DNA from: Planctomycetaceae bacterium
Lineage (GTDB): Bacteria; Planctomycetota; Planctomycetia; Planctomycetales; Planctomycetaceae
Length of the DNA stretch: 64,000 bases
Direction of reading: 5' to 3'
Assembly: GCA_041398845.1 (NCBI GenBank)
Contig: JAWKTZ010000010.1
Location: 189,758 to 253,757, forward strand
In this document: piece after piece, positions 1 through 8,623 of the stretch
Numbering within the stretch: the first letter of the stretch is position 1
Layout of the letters: each line of letters starts with the position of its first letter
Position numbers and translations under genes: made by a program
The notes under the pieces: generated by a model
Seen by the model: only the letters and a program-made list of their open reading frames with translations
Databases searched by the model: none
Told to the model about the DNA's origin: nothing

Positions 1-1113
1 GACCAGCGCATCGAATGTCCTGACGGTCACCCGCTGGAAATTCACGTCATCGACAGTCAGGCCGAACAGTGGGCTCAATGTTTGACGGGGCGCATTCAGT
101 TTCTGGGCGATGTTTCGGGAATTCTGCCTCGCAATGTTCCAGCGTCGAAATGTGGGTTCATCGAAGCACGTGACTGGCATGGAATCGTCGGCGAAGGATT
201 CGATGCCGTGTTCATCTGTCTGGCGGACGAAGCTCTGGCGGTGACTCAGGCAACGCGGGTCGCCGATGCCATTTCCAGACGACAACAATTGAACGGCGGA
301 CGGAATAAGGTCATCCCGATTATCGTGCGCGTGCGTGAGGAAGAGTCGGGCTTTGGTCGACTGTTGTTGCAGAGATCCGCAGACGTTCAGGGCTGCATTC
401 GACCGGTGGGCCTGCAGGATCGCGTCTTTGATGTCATCGCTTCAATGCATCCGGTGGTGGAGATGCTGGCTCAGGTGTGTCATCAGGATTACCTGGGTCG
501 GCGGCAGGCTCAACTTCGCAACGCCACACCTCAGGGGGCTCAGAAGATTCTGCAGGACAAGGAACAGTCTCTGAAAAGCTGGTCCGGGCTGTCGGAACGT
601 CTTCGGGAATCCAATCGGGAACTCGTGCGCAGATTTCATGGCATGTTGGAAGTCCCGGACGAAACGGGACGCATCGTTCGTCGATTTCGCATGGAGTTCG
701 CTCCTGATGAAGTGATTGATCCGACGGTCGGCTATCAGCTTTCCGACGAAGAACTGCTGAGACTGGCCCGAATGGAACACGACAACTGGTATGCCACGCA
801 ATACAAAGCCGGCTGGCGTTACGGAGAACAGGATTCAGAGACGCCGCCGGTCGCCGGTCCGGCTGCGCTGTCACTGTCTGATCGCCTGCGACGGGCGGCG
901 GACGAACATCAGCGCTGGCTGTCGCAGCGGCGAGCCGACGGTCGACCGTATTCGGGACCTGTATCACTGCGACGCCCACGGCATGTGGTCTTCAATCCAA
1001 ACATGACAACATGGGACAACCTGAGCAGCGAGATGAAGGAGTTCGACTTTGGTATCATTCGTCGCATGCCGAGTGTACTGGCCAGAGCCGACTACAAACT
1101 GGTGGAAGTGTAA
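1..1113 (+). CDS. RyR-domain protein, 5' truncated by the window; probable TrkA-N/Rossmann-like region upstream of the RyR repeats
   Basis: Frame +1 is open from base 1 (DQRIECPDGHPLEIHVIDSQ...). RyR signatures LARMEHDNW..AGWRYG and NPNMTTWDNLSSEMKEFD, plus a degenerate first repeat LAQVCHQDY...WSGLSERLRESNR. Confidence 0.8.
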   Translation, partial: DQRIECPDGHPLEIHVIDSQAEQWAQCLTGRIQFLGDVSGILPRNVPASKCGFIEARDWHGIVGEGFDAVFICLADEALAVTQATRVADAISRRQQLNGGRNKVIPIIVRVREEESGFGRLLLQRSADVQGCIRPVGLQDRVFDVIASMHPVVEMLAQVCHQDYLGRRQAQLRNATPQGAQKILQDKEQSLKSWSGLSERLRESNRELVRRFHGMLEVPDETGRIVRRFRMEFAPDEVIDPTVGYQLSDEELLRLARMEHDNWYATQYKAGWRYGEQDSETPPVAGPAALSLSDRLRRAADEHQRWLSQRRADGRPYSGPVSLRRPRHVVFNPNMTTWDNLSSEMKEFDFGIIRRMPSVLARADYKLVEV

Positions 1114-1134
1114 TCTGAACGAGCCAGGATCAAC

Positions 1135-2454
1135 ATGACGGATGTCTCCCCCTATGTGTTTGTCAGTTATTCTCGCGCCGACGCGGCGCGAGTGCGTGTG
1201 ATCGTGCAGTCGCTTGAAAACGCCGGCATTGCCGTGTGGCGTGATCGGGAGAGACTGCTGGCGGGAAACACATACGGAATACAGATCGTGCAGGCCATCG
1301 AACAGGCCAGCGTGCTGTTGCTGTTCTGTTCGCGAAACTCGTTTGCGTCAAAAAACGTACGCAACGAAGTCATTACTGCCTGGGATCGAGGCCGTCGCAT
1401 TTATCTGCCGGTCTGGATCGACCGGCCGACCGAAGTACCACGCGATGTGGCCTACTGGCTGGCCGGGTGTCAATGGCTGGATGCCTCCGGAGAAACCGAA
1501 ATTGAATGGCTGCCAGCGCTGCTCAACGCACTGGAAGTCTGCGGTGTGACACCGCAGGCCGGAGCGGCCGCAGGCACTGCGGCGAACGTGTTCCCATTGA
1601 ACAACCTGCGTCCATCGACGCAGCAGACTCCCGACACGGAACCGCTTGTCGCGATCGAATCGATACAGATTGCCGTTTCCGAACAGCAGCGCTGGGCTGA
1701 ACGCATGCAGACGCAACTGGACGTCGAACGTTGCGGGTTAACGTTTCGGCTGATTCCTCCCGGACAGTTTCTGATGGGCGCTCCGTTGTCCGACCGGCGT
1801 GCCGAAGCGGACGAAAAGCCTGCGCTTCCCGTAACTATTCGGCATCCGTTGTATGTCATGAGCGCGCCGGTGACGTGCGGTTTTGTTCGAAAGTTGCTGA
1901 CTGCGTTTCCGGGCGACCGCAAATGGACCGACTGGTATCGTCGAACCGAAGAACTGCCGGATGGCTGCCCGGCAGTTGAAATCGGTCTGGAACACGTCAT
2001 GGATTTCTGTGCCGTAATGGCTCAACAGCACGGACTGCCGCTGCGTCTGCCAACAGAAGCTGAGTGGGAATATTTTTCCCGAGCCGGAGCTGGTGGACTC
2101 TATTGGTGGGGCGACCAGTTTTGCAAAGAGAACGTTGTGTGCGGAAGCAGGCATCCTGAGCCGTCATCCGTTCGCCGAGCCAACGCATGGGGACTGCTGG
2201 ATGTGCTGGGCAACGTGGCCGAATGGACCAGCAGCGCGTACGACAGCCTGCAGTCGGGCGAAGCTCTTCGTGCGGCCATTGCAGACACGCTTGAGTCGCG
2301 GTATCGTGTGGTCCGTGGCGGAAGTTATCGCGAACGAAGTGGAGACGAACTGCGGTTGTCCCGTCGACTGCGAGTCGCAGCGGATGCACCAGCCCGTCAT
2401 ATCGGTTTCCGCCTTGTCGCCGATGCAGCCGACATGCCGGATCTGAATTCTTAA
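1135..2454 (+). CDS. TIR domain + FGE-sulfatase (SUMF1-like) domain fusion protein
   Basis: N-terminal VFVSYSRAD..VWRDRE..AIEQASVLLLFCSRNSFASKNVRNEV (TIR_2-like, Glu78). C-terminal FRLIPPGQFLMG, RLPTEAEWEY, NAWGLLDVLGNVAEW, RVVRGGSY, IGFRL. AGGA SD upstream. Confidence 0.9.
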   Translation: MTDVSPYVFVSYSRADAARVRVIVQSLENAGIAVWRDRERLLAGNTYGIQIVQAIEQASVLLLFCSRNSFASKNVRNEVITAWDRGRRIYLPVWIDRPTEVPRDVAYWLAGCQWLDASGETEIEWLPALLNALEVCGVTPQAGAAAGTAANVFPLNNLRPSTQQTPDTEPLVAIESIQIAVSEQQRWAERMQTQLDVERCGLTFRLIPPGQFLMGAPLSDRRAEADEKPALPVTIRHPLYVMSAPVTCGFVRKLLTAFPGDRKWTDWYRRTEELPDGCPAVEIGLEHVMDFCAVMAQQHGLPLRLPTEAEWEYFSRAGAGGLYWWGDQFCKENVVCGSRHPEPSSVRRANAWGLLDVLGNVAEWTSSAYDSLQSGEALRAAIADTLESRYRVVRGGSYRERSGDELRLSRRLRVAADAPARHIGFRLVADAADMPDLNS

Positions 2455-2483
2455 ACGCTCTCCTGATTCGACGGAGATGAAAA

Positions 2484-4025
2484 ATGTCCGCCGACGTCCC
2501 CAATGGAAACGACGATGACCTGTGGGACAGCTTCCAGGCCGCCTTTGGAGACGCCTTACCCGATCCGGTGAAACCTCCACCGGACACTCATGCCAGCCTG
2601 CCCGGACACTCGGGGGTCAATGCGAACCGTTCCGAGCCCCCAGCCGATATCAGCGCGGCCAACCTGAGTGCGGCCGACATTTCAACTCTTATGAGCCAGT
2701 TGCAGCAACTGGCTCCGCGCTCGCCTTCAGCCGATTTGTCGCCACCGATCACCTCACGTCACGACACGTTGCCGCCGCCGGGTGCCAGCGCCGGACTTTC
2801 CGGTTTTCCGCTGCCGGCAGCGCAGAGCCTTCCGTCGGCTCCGGTTTTCGCTGTGCCGGATATGCGCGCGGTGTCAGCCACGGGACGCGCTGGCACGGTC
2901 CGTCTGGAACAGCGCGGTGGGACGTCTCTGAAGGTAAATCACAAGGCCGTCGTTGCGCTGCGGTTGATGACGATGTCGCGAGCCGTGAAGTATCGGCTGA
3001 GTCTGCAATCTGATCTGCTGGAAGAATCGATGATTTTCTGCGGATCATGTCCGGACCCGGGTGTTTATAACGTTGGTTCCCTGCGTTTCGTTCCGGTGGT
3101 TGCCGGAGCCGAAGAGATTCGAGTGCAACTGGTCATTCTGAATGACAATGACATTCCGATCGACTGTCTGACCGGAAGCTTTGTGGTGCAGGTGGAATCG
3201 GATCAGAGCCACTCAATCCATGCGGGTGGAGATGTGATCGTGATGGGAGGACGACCGGGTGGGCTGTTGCCGAACATCGGTTCGGTGCCGACCGACGTCT
3301 GGAATGATGTCGAGCTGGTTGCGGATGCTTCCTGGGGGGCTCGCACTGCAAGGCTCAAACCGCAGCCTCCTGAAGATCAACCGACAGAACTTCGGATTGC
3401 CGCAGACTTTCGTGCCGCCACCGGTGCGATGTATGTGGGACGTGCCGACGGATCGTTCCGGTGTTATGCCGTGTCAGCCGGGCTGAGAGCTTCCATCGGA
3501 CGCGGCGGAGCGGACGATGTGTGCTGGTGGATTCGTCCCGTGCCTGATCGTGACGGTCGGTTTTCCCGAATTTCGCGAAGGCACGTATCGATTGAACTGC
3601 GTGATCAGTATGCGTGGCTGACCGATCACAGTGCCAACGGAACACTTCTCAACGGAGTGAAACTGGCGACAGATGAAGCCACAGTGCTGGCCGATGGTGA
3701 CACCGTGGATGTTGCCGATGCAATCCGGTTTTCACTACATCTGTTCACCGGTAGTTCGGGCGTTTCCGCTGTGGAACTGGTCAGAAACGACAGCCTGAGC
3801 GATCAGTTGCGGCTGCTGCTGGTAAAGCCGGGTTGCCCACATCGAATATCGTGGGGGAACGAATCTTTCTGGGTCGCATGGTCGAAAAACGAGTGTCTGC
3901 AATTGAATCGCGGCGGTGATGCCTGGGACAATCTGAAGACGGGCGATGAACAGCAGGTCAATGATTCCGCAACGCTGTCATGGCATCAGGTGATGGCTGC
4001 GATCGATCAGGATCAGTTGTTTTGA
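2484..4025 (+). CDS. FHA domain protein with Pro-rich N-terminus and central beta-rich domain
   Basis: FHA motifs SIGR, ISRRH, DHSANGTLLNG, LADGDTV. GGAG SD upstream. Confidence 0.85.
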   Translation: MSADVPNGNDDDLWDSFQAAFGDALPDPVKPPPDTHASLPGHSGVNANRSEPPADISAANLSAADISTLMSQLQQLAPRSPSADLSPPITSRHDTLPPPGASAGLSGFPLPAAQSLPSAPVFAVPDMRAVSATGRAGTVRLEQRGGTSLKVNHKAVVALRLMTMSRAVKYRLSLQSDLLEESMIFCGSCPDPGVYNVGSLRFVPVVAGAEEIRVQLVILNDNDIPIDCLTGSFVVQVESDQSHSIHAGGDVIVMGGRPGGLLPNIGSVPTDVWNDVELVADASWGARTARLKPQPPEDQPTELRIAADFRAATGAMYVGRADGSFRCYAVSAGLRASIGRGGADDVCWWIRPVPDRDGRFSRISRRHVSIELRDQYAWLTDHSANGTLLNGVKLATDEATVLADGDTVDVADAIRFSLHLFTGSSGVSAVELVRNDSLSDQLRLLLVKPGCPHRISWGNESFWVAWSKNECLQLNRGGDAWDNLKTGDEQQVNDSATLSWHQVMAAIDQDQLF

Positions 4026-4079
4026 GAATCCTTGAGCCATCATCAGGCACAGGCCGGTTGTAAACAGAAGGTGGAGATC

Positions 4080-6131
4080 ATGGCGGCTGACGGAAACGAA
4101 CGACATTCCGGGGATTCCGAAGACCTGTTTCGAGATTTTGATGAGTCACTGCGGGCGCTGGCAAATCCCGGCCAGTCGCTTGAAAAACTCGGCGACCGGT
4201 TTATCAGTCAGGAGACCGGCTTTCAGCCAATTAAGCCGGAGGAAAAATTCGATCCTGACGAAGAAATCCGCGACTACCTGGGGTTTCTGCATCGTGCAAA
4301 GGAAGCTCGCGACCTGCATCGATCAGCACAATTGATTACTGCTCGAGTGACCGATCAGCTTCCCAACGGATTGCTGCCGGAAATCAAGAGACTGGTTGTT
4401 CCTGCGGATTCCACAATGTTCCTGTTTTCGGAACGGCACGCTCCGCTGCAGCTCGATCCGGGGAAGGAATACGAAGTCTCACGACTTGGTCTGGGCGGCG
4501 GAGTCGGTCAGTCGTTTGAAGCGTTCAGTGAGAACGGGGGCAGTGGAGCATTCCAGGAACGCAGCGGTGTGCTGATTTGCGAGATTCCTCGACGCTCACT
4601 GCCGTTCACCATCACTCTGCCGGACTACACGGGCTTTTATCCGCCCGGTACCGGAGATCAGTTCACTGGACTTGTGGCGTCGCTGTCCAATGCCACGGAG
4701 CCGGAAGTACGCAGGCAGCATGCGTCTGAGCTGGCCAAGGGACTGGGGCGCGTCTTCGAAGAGTCCCGTTTGAAAACGCAGGAAGGAATCTGTACCGGCG
4801 TGCGGGTTCAGGTGGAAATCGGTGTCCGGGATCCTCAGCGCCTGGTCGAAACATACTGCCGAAGTTATGCTCGCCAGTTGGAGAAGAAATACAAAGACCT
4901 TGATGCAAAGTTACACAGGCGGCCGATTGATCCGGGGCTGGCCAACAAGCTTCGGTTTCCGCTCAAACTGCTGTCTCAGGTTGTGTTCGGAGCCCGCCAG
5001 CAAAACGGAGTTCCGTTGCGGCCGGTGACACTGGCTCATGTCTACAAGCGCATTCGTCTGGAAATCGCAGACGCGCTGCGCGACGCCATTCGTCAGGAAA
5101 CCGCTCGACAACTCATCGAAGAACCGGCGCGCGTGCGCGAACGAGTGACCGATGCTCTGAACCAGCATGTGCAGCATTCGCTGGAACTGTACGGAGCAGA
5201 GATTCGTCGAGTGGTCAGTGTGGAATGTGTGTCGCCGGAGTACAACCGCATGATTATCGACCGCGGTCGACTCAGAATGCGGGATGAGAAACTGGACGAC
5301 GACCGGAATCGTTCGCGTATTGAAAACGAAGAACTCAGAATTGAGTCGCAGCGTTTTCAGGATCAGGTGCGGCACCAGAACGAACGCTCTCAGTATTCCA
5401 CCAGCCAGCAGGCCGAAACCGCTCGCCAGCAGCTTCACGAACTGGGCACCACCAATCAGGTTCGCGATACGGTCGAAGCAGAAGCCATGCGACGTCGGTT
5501 GCAGCGAGAAGCCGAAGAGGCCGCTCACAATCGTGAAGAACAGCGTCGCAATGCCGAAGTGGAAGCCGAGGTGCGGCGTCAGCTTGAACTGTCTGCTCTG
5601 GAAATCGAAGCCAGACGAATGGAACTTCAGCAGAAGAAGATGGAAGCAGCCGTTCATCTGAACCTGCAGTACGAATCCGGGCAGCATCAGTTGCAGCAGG
5701 AGGCTCTGGATCGCGAACACCAGCGTCAGATTGAACGGGTCCGACTGGCATTTAACCAGCAGATGGAAGCCAACTCGGCCGAGATGAATAACCGCATCAG
5801 CTTTCTGGAAAAGTTTGCCGGACTGAGCGGCGAACTGGACGAGAACAAACTGCTGGTGATGTCACTGGCGAGCAATCCGCAACTGGCCAAACCGTACGTC
5901 GAAGCAACTCGAGCTCGGGGTAAGGATGAACTGATGCAGAAGATGGAGGAATTCAAGAATCAGCTTGTGGCCGTTCACGGGCAGGAAGACAAACTGGTGC
6001 ATCAGTTGTGGCACGAAGGAATTCGGCAGATCGGTCAGGTGCTTGGCAAGCAGGCTCAGAAACCTGCCACCAACGTCTTCACGGACAACGTCAGGCTGGA
6101 CAACCCATCGCCAACGCACTCAGAGGATTGA
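4080..6131 (+). CDS. SPFH/Band-7-like domain protein with long C-terminal coiled coil
   Basis: RLVVPADSTMFLF..LDPGKEYEV resembles the Band_7 N-terminus. IRLEIADALRDAIRQETARQL...LELYGAEIRRVVSVECVSPEY resembles the SPFH core. About 200 aa E/Q/R-rich helix follows. ATG at 4080 has a GGAG SD (ORF track start is TTG 4032). Confidence 0.7.
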   Translation: MAADGNERHSGDSEDLFRDFDESLRALANPGQSLEKLGDRFISQETGFQPIKPEEKFDPDEEIRDYLGFLHRAKEARDLHRSAQLITARVTDQLPNGLLPEIKRLVVPADSTMFLFSERHAPLQLDPGKEYEVSRLGLGGGVGQSFEAFSENGGSGAFQERSGVLICEIPRRSLPFTITLPDYTGFYPPGTGDQFTGLVASLSNATEPEVRRQHASELAKGLGRVFEESRLKTQEGICTGVRVQVEIGVRDPQRLVETYCRSYARQLEKKYKDLDAKLHRRPIDPGLANKLRFPLKLLSQVVFGARQQNGVPLRPVTLAHVYKRIRLEIADALRDAIRQETARQLIEEPARVRERVTDALNQHVQHSLELYGAEIRRVVSVECVSPEYNRMIIDRGRLRMRDEKLDDDRNRSRIENEELRIESQRFQDQVRHQNERSQYSTSQQAETARQQLHELGTTNQVRDTVEAEAMRRRLQREAEEAAHNREEQRRNAEVEAEVRRQLELSALEIEARRMELQQKKMEAAVHLNLQYESGQHQLQQEALDREHQRQIERVRLAFNQQMEANSAEMNNRISFLEKFAGLSGELDENKLLVMSLASNPQLAKPYVEATRARGKDELMQKMEEFKNQLVAVHGQEDKLVHQLWHEGIRQIGQVLGKQAQKPATNVFTDNVRLDNPSPTHSED

Positions 6132-6174
6132 CCAGCACGACGTGCGTGGACAAAAGGTATCGGAAAGCTGCCTC

Positions 6175-8505
6175 ATGTCAGACTCCAACCATCAAAAGAA
6201 AACATCTTTGCCACGACCGCAGGGACTCGGCCCACCCGGACGCAGACTGCCAAAGCCCGGATCGCTGCAAGGTACCGACAGTCAGATCGACGGCCCGACT
6301 CGCACAGACGAAGCGTCGTCTGATGCTCGACCAGCCGGGAATCCGTCAATCGGTCGCCCGGATCGATATTCAGCCACAGTGACCAGCGAAGGACCGGAGG
6401 CTGCGCCGACCGGTCAGACGGTCGATGACGGCCGCTACCAGGTGCTCAGACTGATTGCTCGCGGCGGCATGGGCGAAGTCTGGCTGGCTCAGGATCTGAA
6501 ACTTCGCAAACGCTATGTGGCGATCAAGAGACTCACGGCCGAGTCACTGAACAATCCGAAACTGCGGCAACGCTTCGAAGCGGAAGCGGAATCCATGGCC
6601 CGGCTGACTCATCAGTATGTCATTCGGGTGTTCGACATCGGCTGTGACAGCCAGGGCCCATTCATCTGTATGGAATATGTATCCGGCCCGCCTGCAACGT
6701 TGGCCGACTGGCCGGCCGATCTGCCCGCACCGCCGCTCACGCTCCAGGAGTATGTCGAGCGAAAAGTGAAGCTGCCGCTCGCAGATGCCGTCACCTTGTT
6801 GCGTCAGCTTTGCGGAGCCGCCATGGAAGCGCACGCTCTGGGCATTGTTCATCGCGACATCAAGCCGGCCAACGTGCTGCTGGATACCAAACTGTCGCCG
6901 CGACTCATCGATTTCGGACTGGCGCGCGATCTGCAGCCGGAAGAAAGTCAGCACACCGCCGCCGGTGCTCAGATGCTGACGATTGGCTACGGAGCTCCCG
7001 AGCAGGAAACCGATGCCGGCGACGCCGACGAACGAGCGGACGTGTATGCTCTGGGAGCCGTGTTGTGGTTTCTGGTGTCCGGACAGAATCCCCGGTTTTA
7101 CAGAAACAGCGATGCTCCACCGGAATTGAAAACGATTCTGACGTCGGCTCTGATGCATGATCGTGCCGCCAGAACTCAGACGGTCGCCGATCTGGACCGC
7201 GCTTTGGCCGTCCTGCAGAACGGTCGCCGATCTGCCTTCGGCGAAGATGCCGAGCATTCCGATGGTGCCGGCGAACGATTGAACCAACTGTCTCAATGCC
7301 TTGAAGGCGAACGCAGGGCCGGTGTTTGCCCCTTTTGCCGTCACGTTCACGAACCAATTCCCCGGTCCGCAAAGGAACGCCAGTACTGTGCCGGATGCGG
7401 GACATCTCTCTGGATGAAATGCGGACGCTGTGCCGCCGGGAAATCGACGATCAGCCTGACCAAAGTTCGTCTGATTCCCATCTGGGAACGCTTCTGCAGC
7501 AAATGCGGCGACGATTTGCTGAGCCCGGTTGTCGAACACCTGAGCAGCGCTGCTCGTGCCATGGCAGAAGCTCATTCCGTCGTCAGTGCGGATACCAATC
7601 GAGCTCATCAACTGGCTGCGGCTGCCAGTGAATCGCTGGAATGTCTGGTGCGCCAGTGTGGCACCGACTTTTCTGCCGGACTCGTGGGACAGCGCTGTGC
7701 AGATGCGGAGAAGGAAATACAGGGGCTCCGAGCCAACGCAACAGTCAAAGCCGCTGCCAACGAAGAAGACACATGGAAAGCGGCGTTGGTGGCCAACAGC
7801 AAAGAAGCATTCCAGAATTTTCTGAAATCCTTTCCTGCAGGGGTTCATGCCGAAGACGCACAGCAACGTGTTGACGTGATGACTCTGGCCGATGATATTC
7901 GCAATCGCCTGCAGGCCAAAGCGTACGAAACCCTGCTGCCTGACGTTGGCCGGCTGATCAGTATGAGCACCGCAGCGAAGCAGAAGTGGTCTGACGATAA
8001 GCTGTCACAGTTACTCAAAAAGGATCATTCTGTCGAATCCTGCATGGCCTATCTGAAGCTGTATCCGGAAGGAAAATTGTCCCGGCAGGCCAGGGCCATT
8101 GTGTCTCCTGAACTGCGAAAGATGCTGCTGGCGAAAATGTCGGACCCGGTGGCTCGAGCAGAATACCTCGCATTCCGCTCGCCAGCGCAACAGGAAGAAG
8201 ATGAAGCTCGGGCTTTCAACAGCACGCTGTGGCTGTGGGCAACAGTCGGACTGTTGATTGCACTTCCCCTGGGAGGCTACGGGCTGATGAACGACGAACA
8301 GGCCAAGGTGATTTCCGGCATGGTGACAGCAGGCGGCGGCCTGGTCTGGGGAATTCTGATGTCGTTTCTCAGCAGCAAACGAGCAACCCAGGGCCCCTTG
8401 CCACTGCTGAATTACCTGTTGCCATTTTTTGCCCTCTCAAAGGCCTCGCCGGATCAAACGCCCCCCGAATCCACGTCGGACACAGAACCAGCCGACGTCG
8501 GATAG
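6175..8505 (+). CDS. Hanks-type Ser/Thr protein kinase with double zinc ribbon and C-terminal TM helices
   Basis: ARGGMGEV, VAIK, HRDIKPAN, DFGLA, GYGAPE. Four CxxC (CPFC, CAGC, CGRC, CSKC). Hydrophobic C-terminal segments. ATG 6175 preferred because the 5965 start overlaps the upstream gene. Confidence 0.92.
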   Translation: MSDSNHQKKTSLPRPQGLGPPGRRLPKPGSLQGTDSQIDGPTRTDEASSDARPAGNPSIGRPDRYSATVTSEGPEAAPTGQTVDDGRYQVLRLIARGGMGEVWLAQDLKLRKRYVAIKRLTAESLNNPKLRQRFEAEAESMARLTHQYVIRVFDIGCDSQGPFICMEYVSGPPATLADWPADLPAPPLTLQEYVERKVKLPLADAVTLLRQLCGAAMEAHALGIVHRDIKPANVLLDTKLSPRLIDFGLARDLQPEESQHTAAGAQMLTIGYGAPEQETDAGDADERADVYALGAVLWFLVSGQNPRFYRNSDAPPELKTILTSALMHDRAARTQTVADLDRALAVLQNGRRSAFGEDAEHSDGAGERLNQLSQCLEGERRAGVCPFCRHVHEPIPRSAKERQYCAGCGTSLWMKCGRCAAGKSTISLTKVRLIPIWERFCSKCGDDLLSPVVEHLSSAARAMAEAHSVVSADTNRAHQLAAAASESLECLVRQCGTDFSAGLVGQRCADAEKEIQGLRANATVKAAANEEDTWKAALVANSKEAFQNFLKSFPAGVHAEDAQQRVDVMTLADDIRNRLQAKAYETLLPDVGRLISMSTAAKQKWSDDKLSQLLKKDHSVESCMAYLKLYPEGKLSRQARAIVSPELRKMLLAKMSDPVARAEYLAFRSPAQQEEDEARAFNSTLWLWATVGLLIALPLGGYGLMNDEQAKVISGMVTAGGGLVWGILMSFLSSKRATQGPLPLLNYLLPFFALSKASPDQTPPESTSDTEPADVG

Positions 8506-8623
8506 CGCCAAATCGCTGATCCGCACCGGTATGGCATACAGCCCACCACACGATGATGTGGCGTTTACCTGCCGCTGATTGAGGGATTCATGCAGCGGAT
8601 CAAGCCACTGGAGGCGTCGCCGA

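Noticed and set aside
2300-2454. Diversity-generating retroelement targeting the FGE domain
   Set aside because: I saw no reverse transcriptase, no avd gene and no TR/VR repeat pair in the window.
1570-6100. ANVFPLNNLR (TIR-FGE linker) and TNVFTDNVRL (SPFH tail) as a shared motif
   Set aside because: Too short and weak to distinguish from chance.
5965-6174. ORF-track N-terminal extensions (5965, 18610, 21660, 35549, 50484, 52698, 62924 starts)
   Set aside because: They overlap neighbouring genes or read as non-coding, and downstream starts give SD sites, signal peptides or typical family N-termini.
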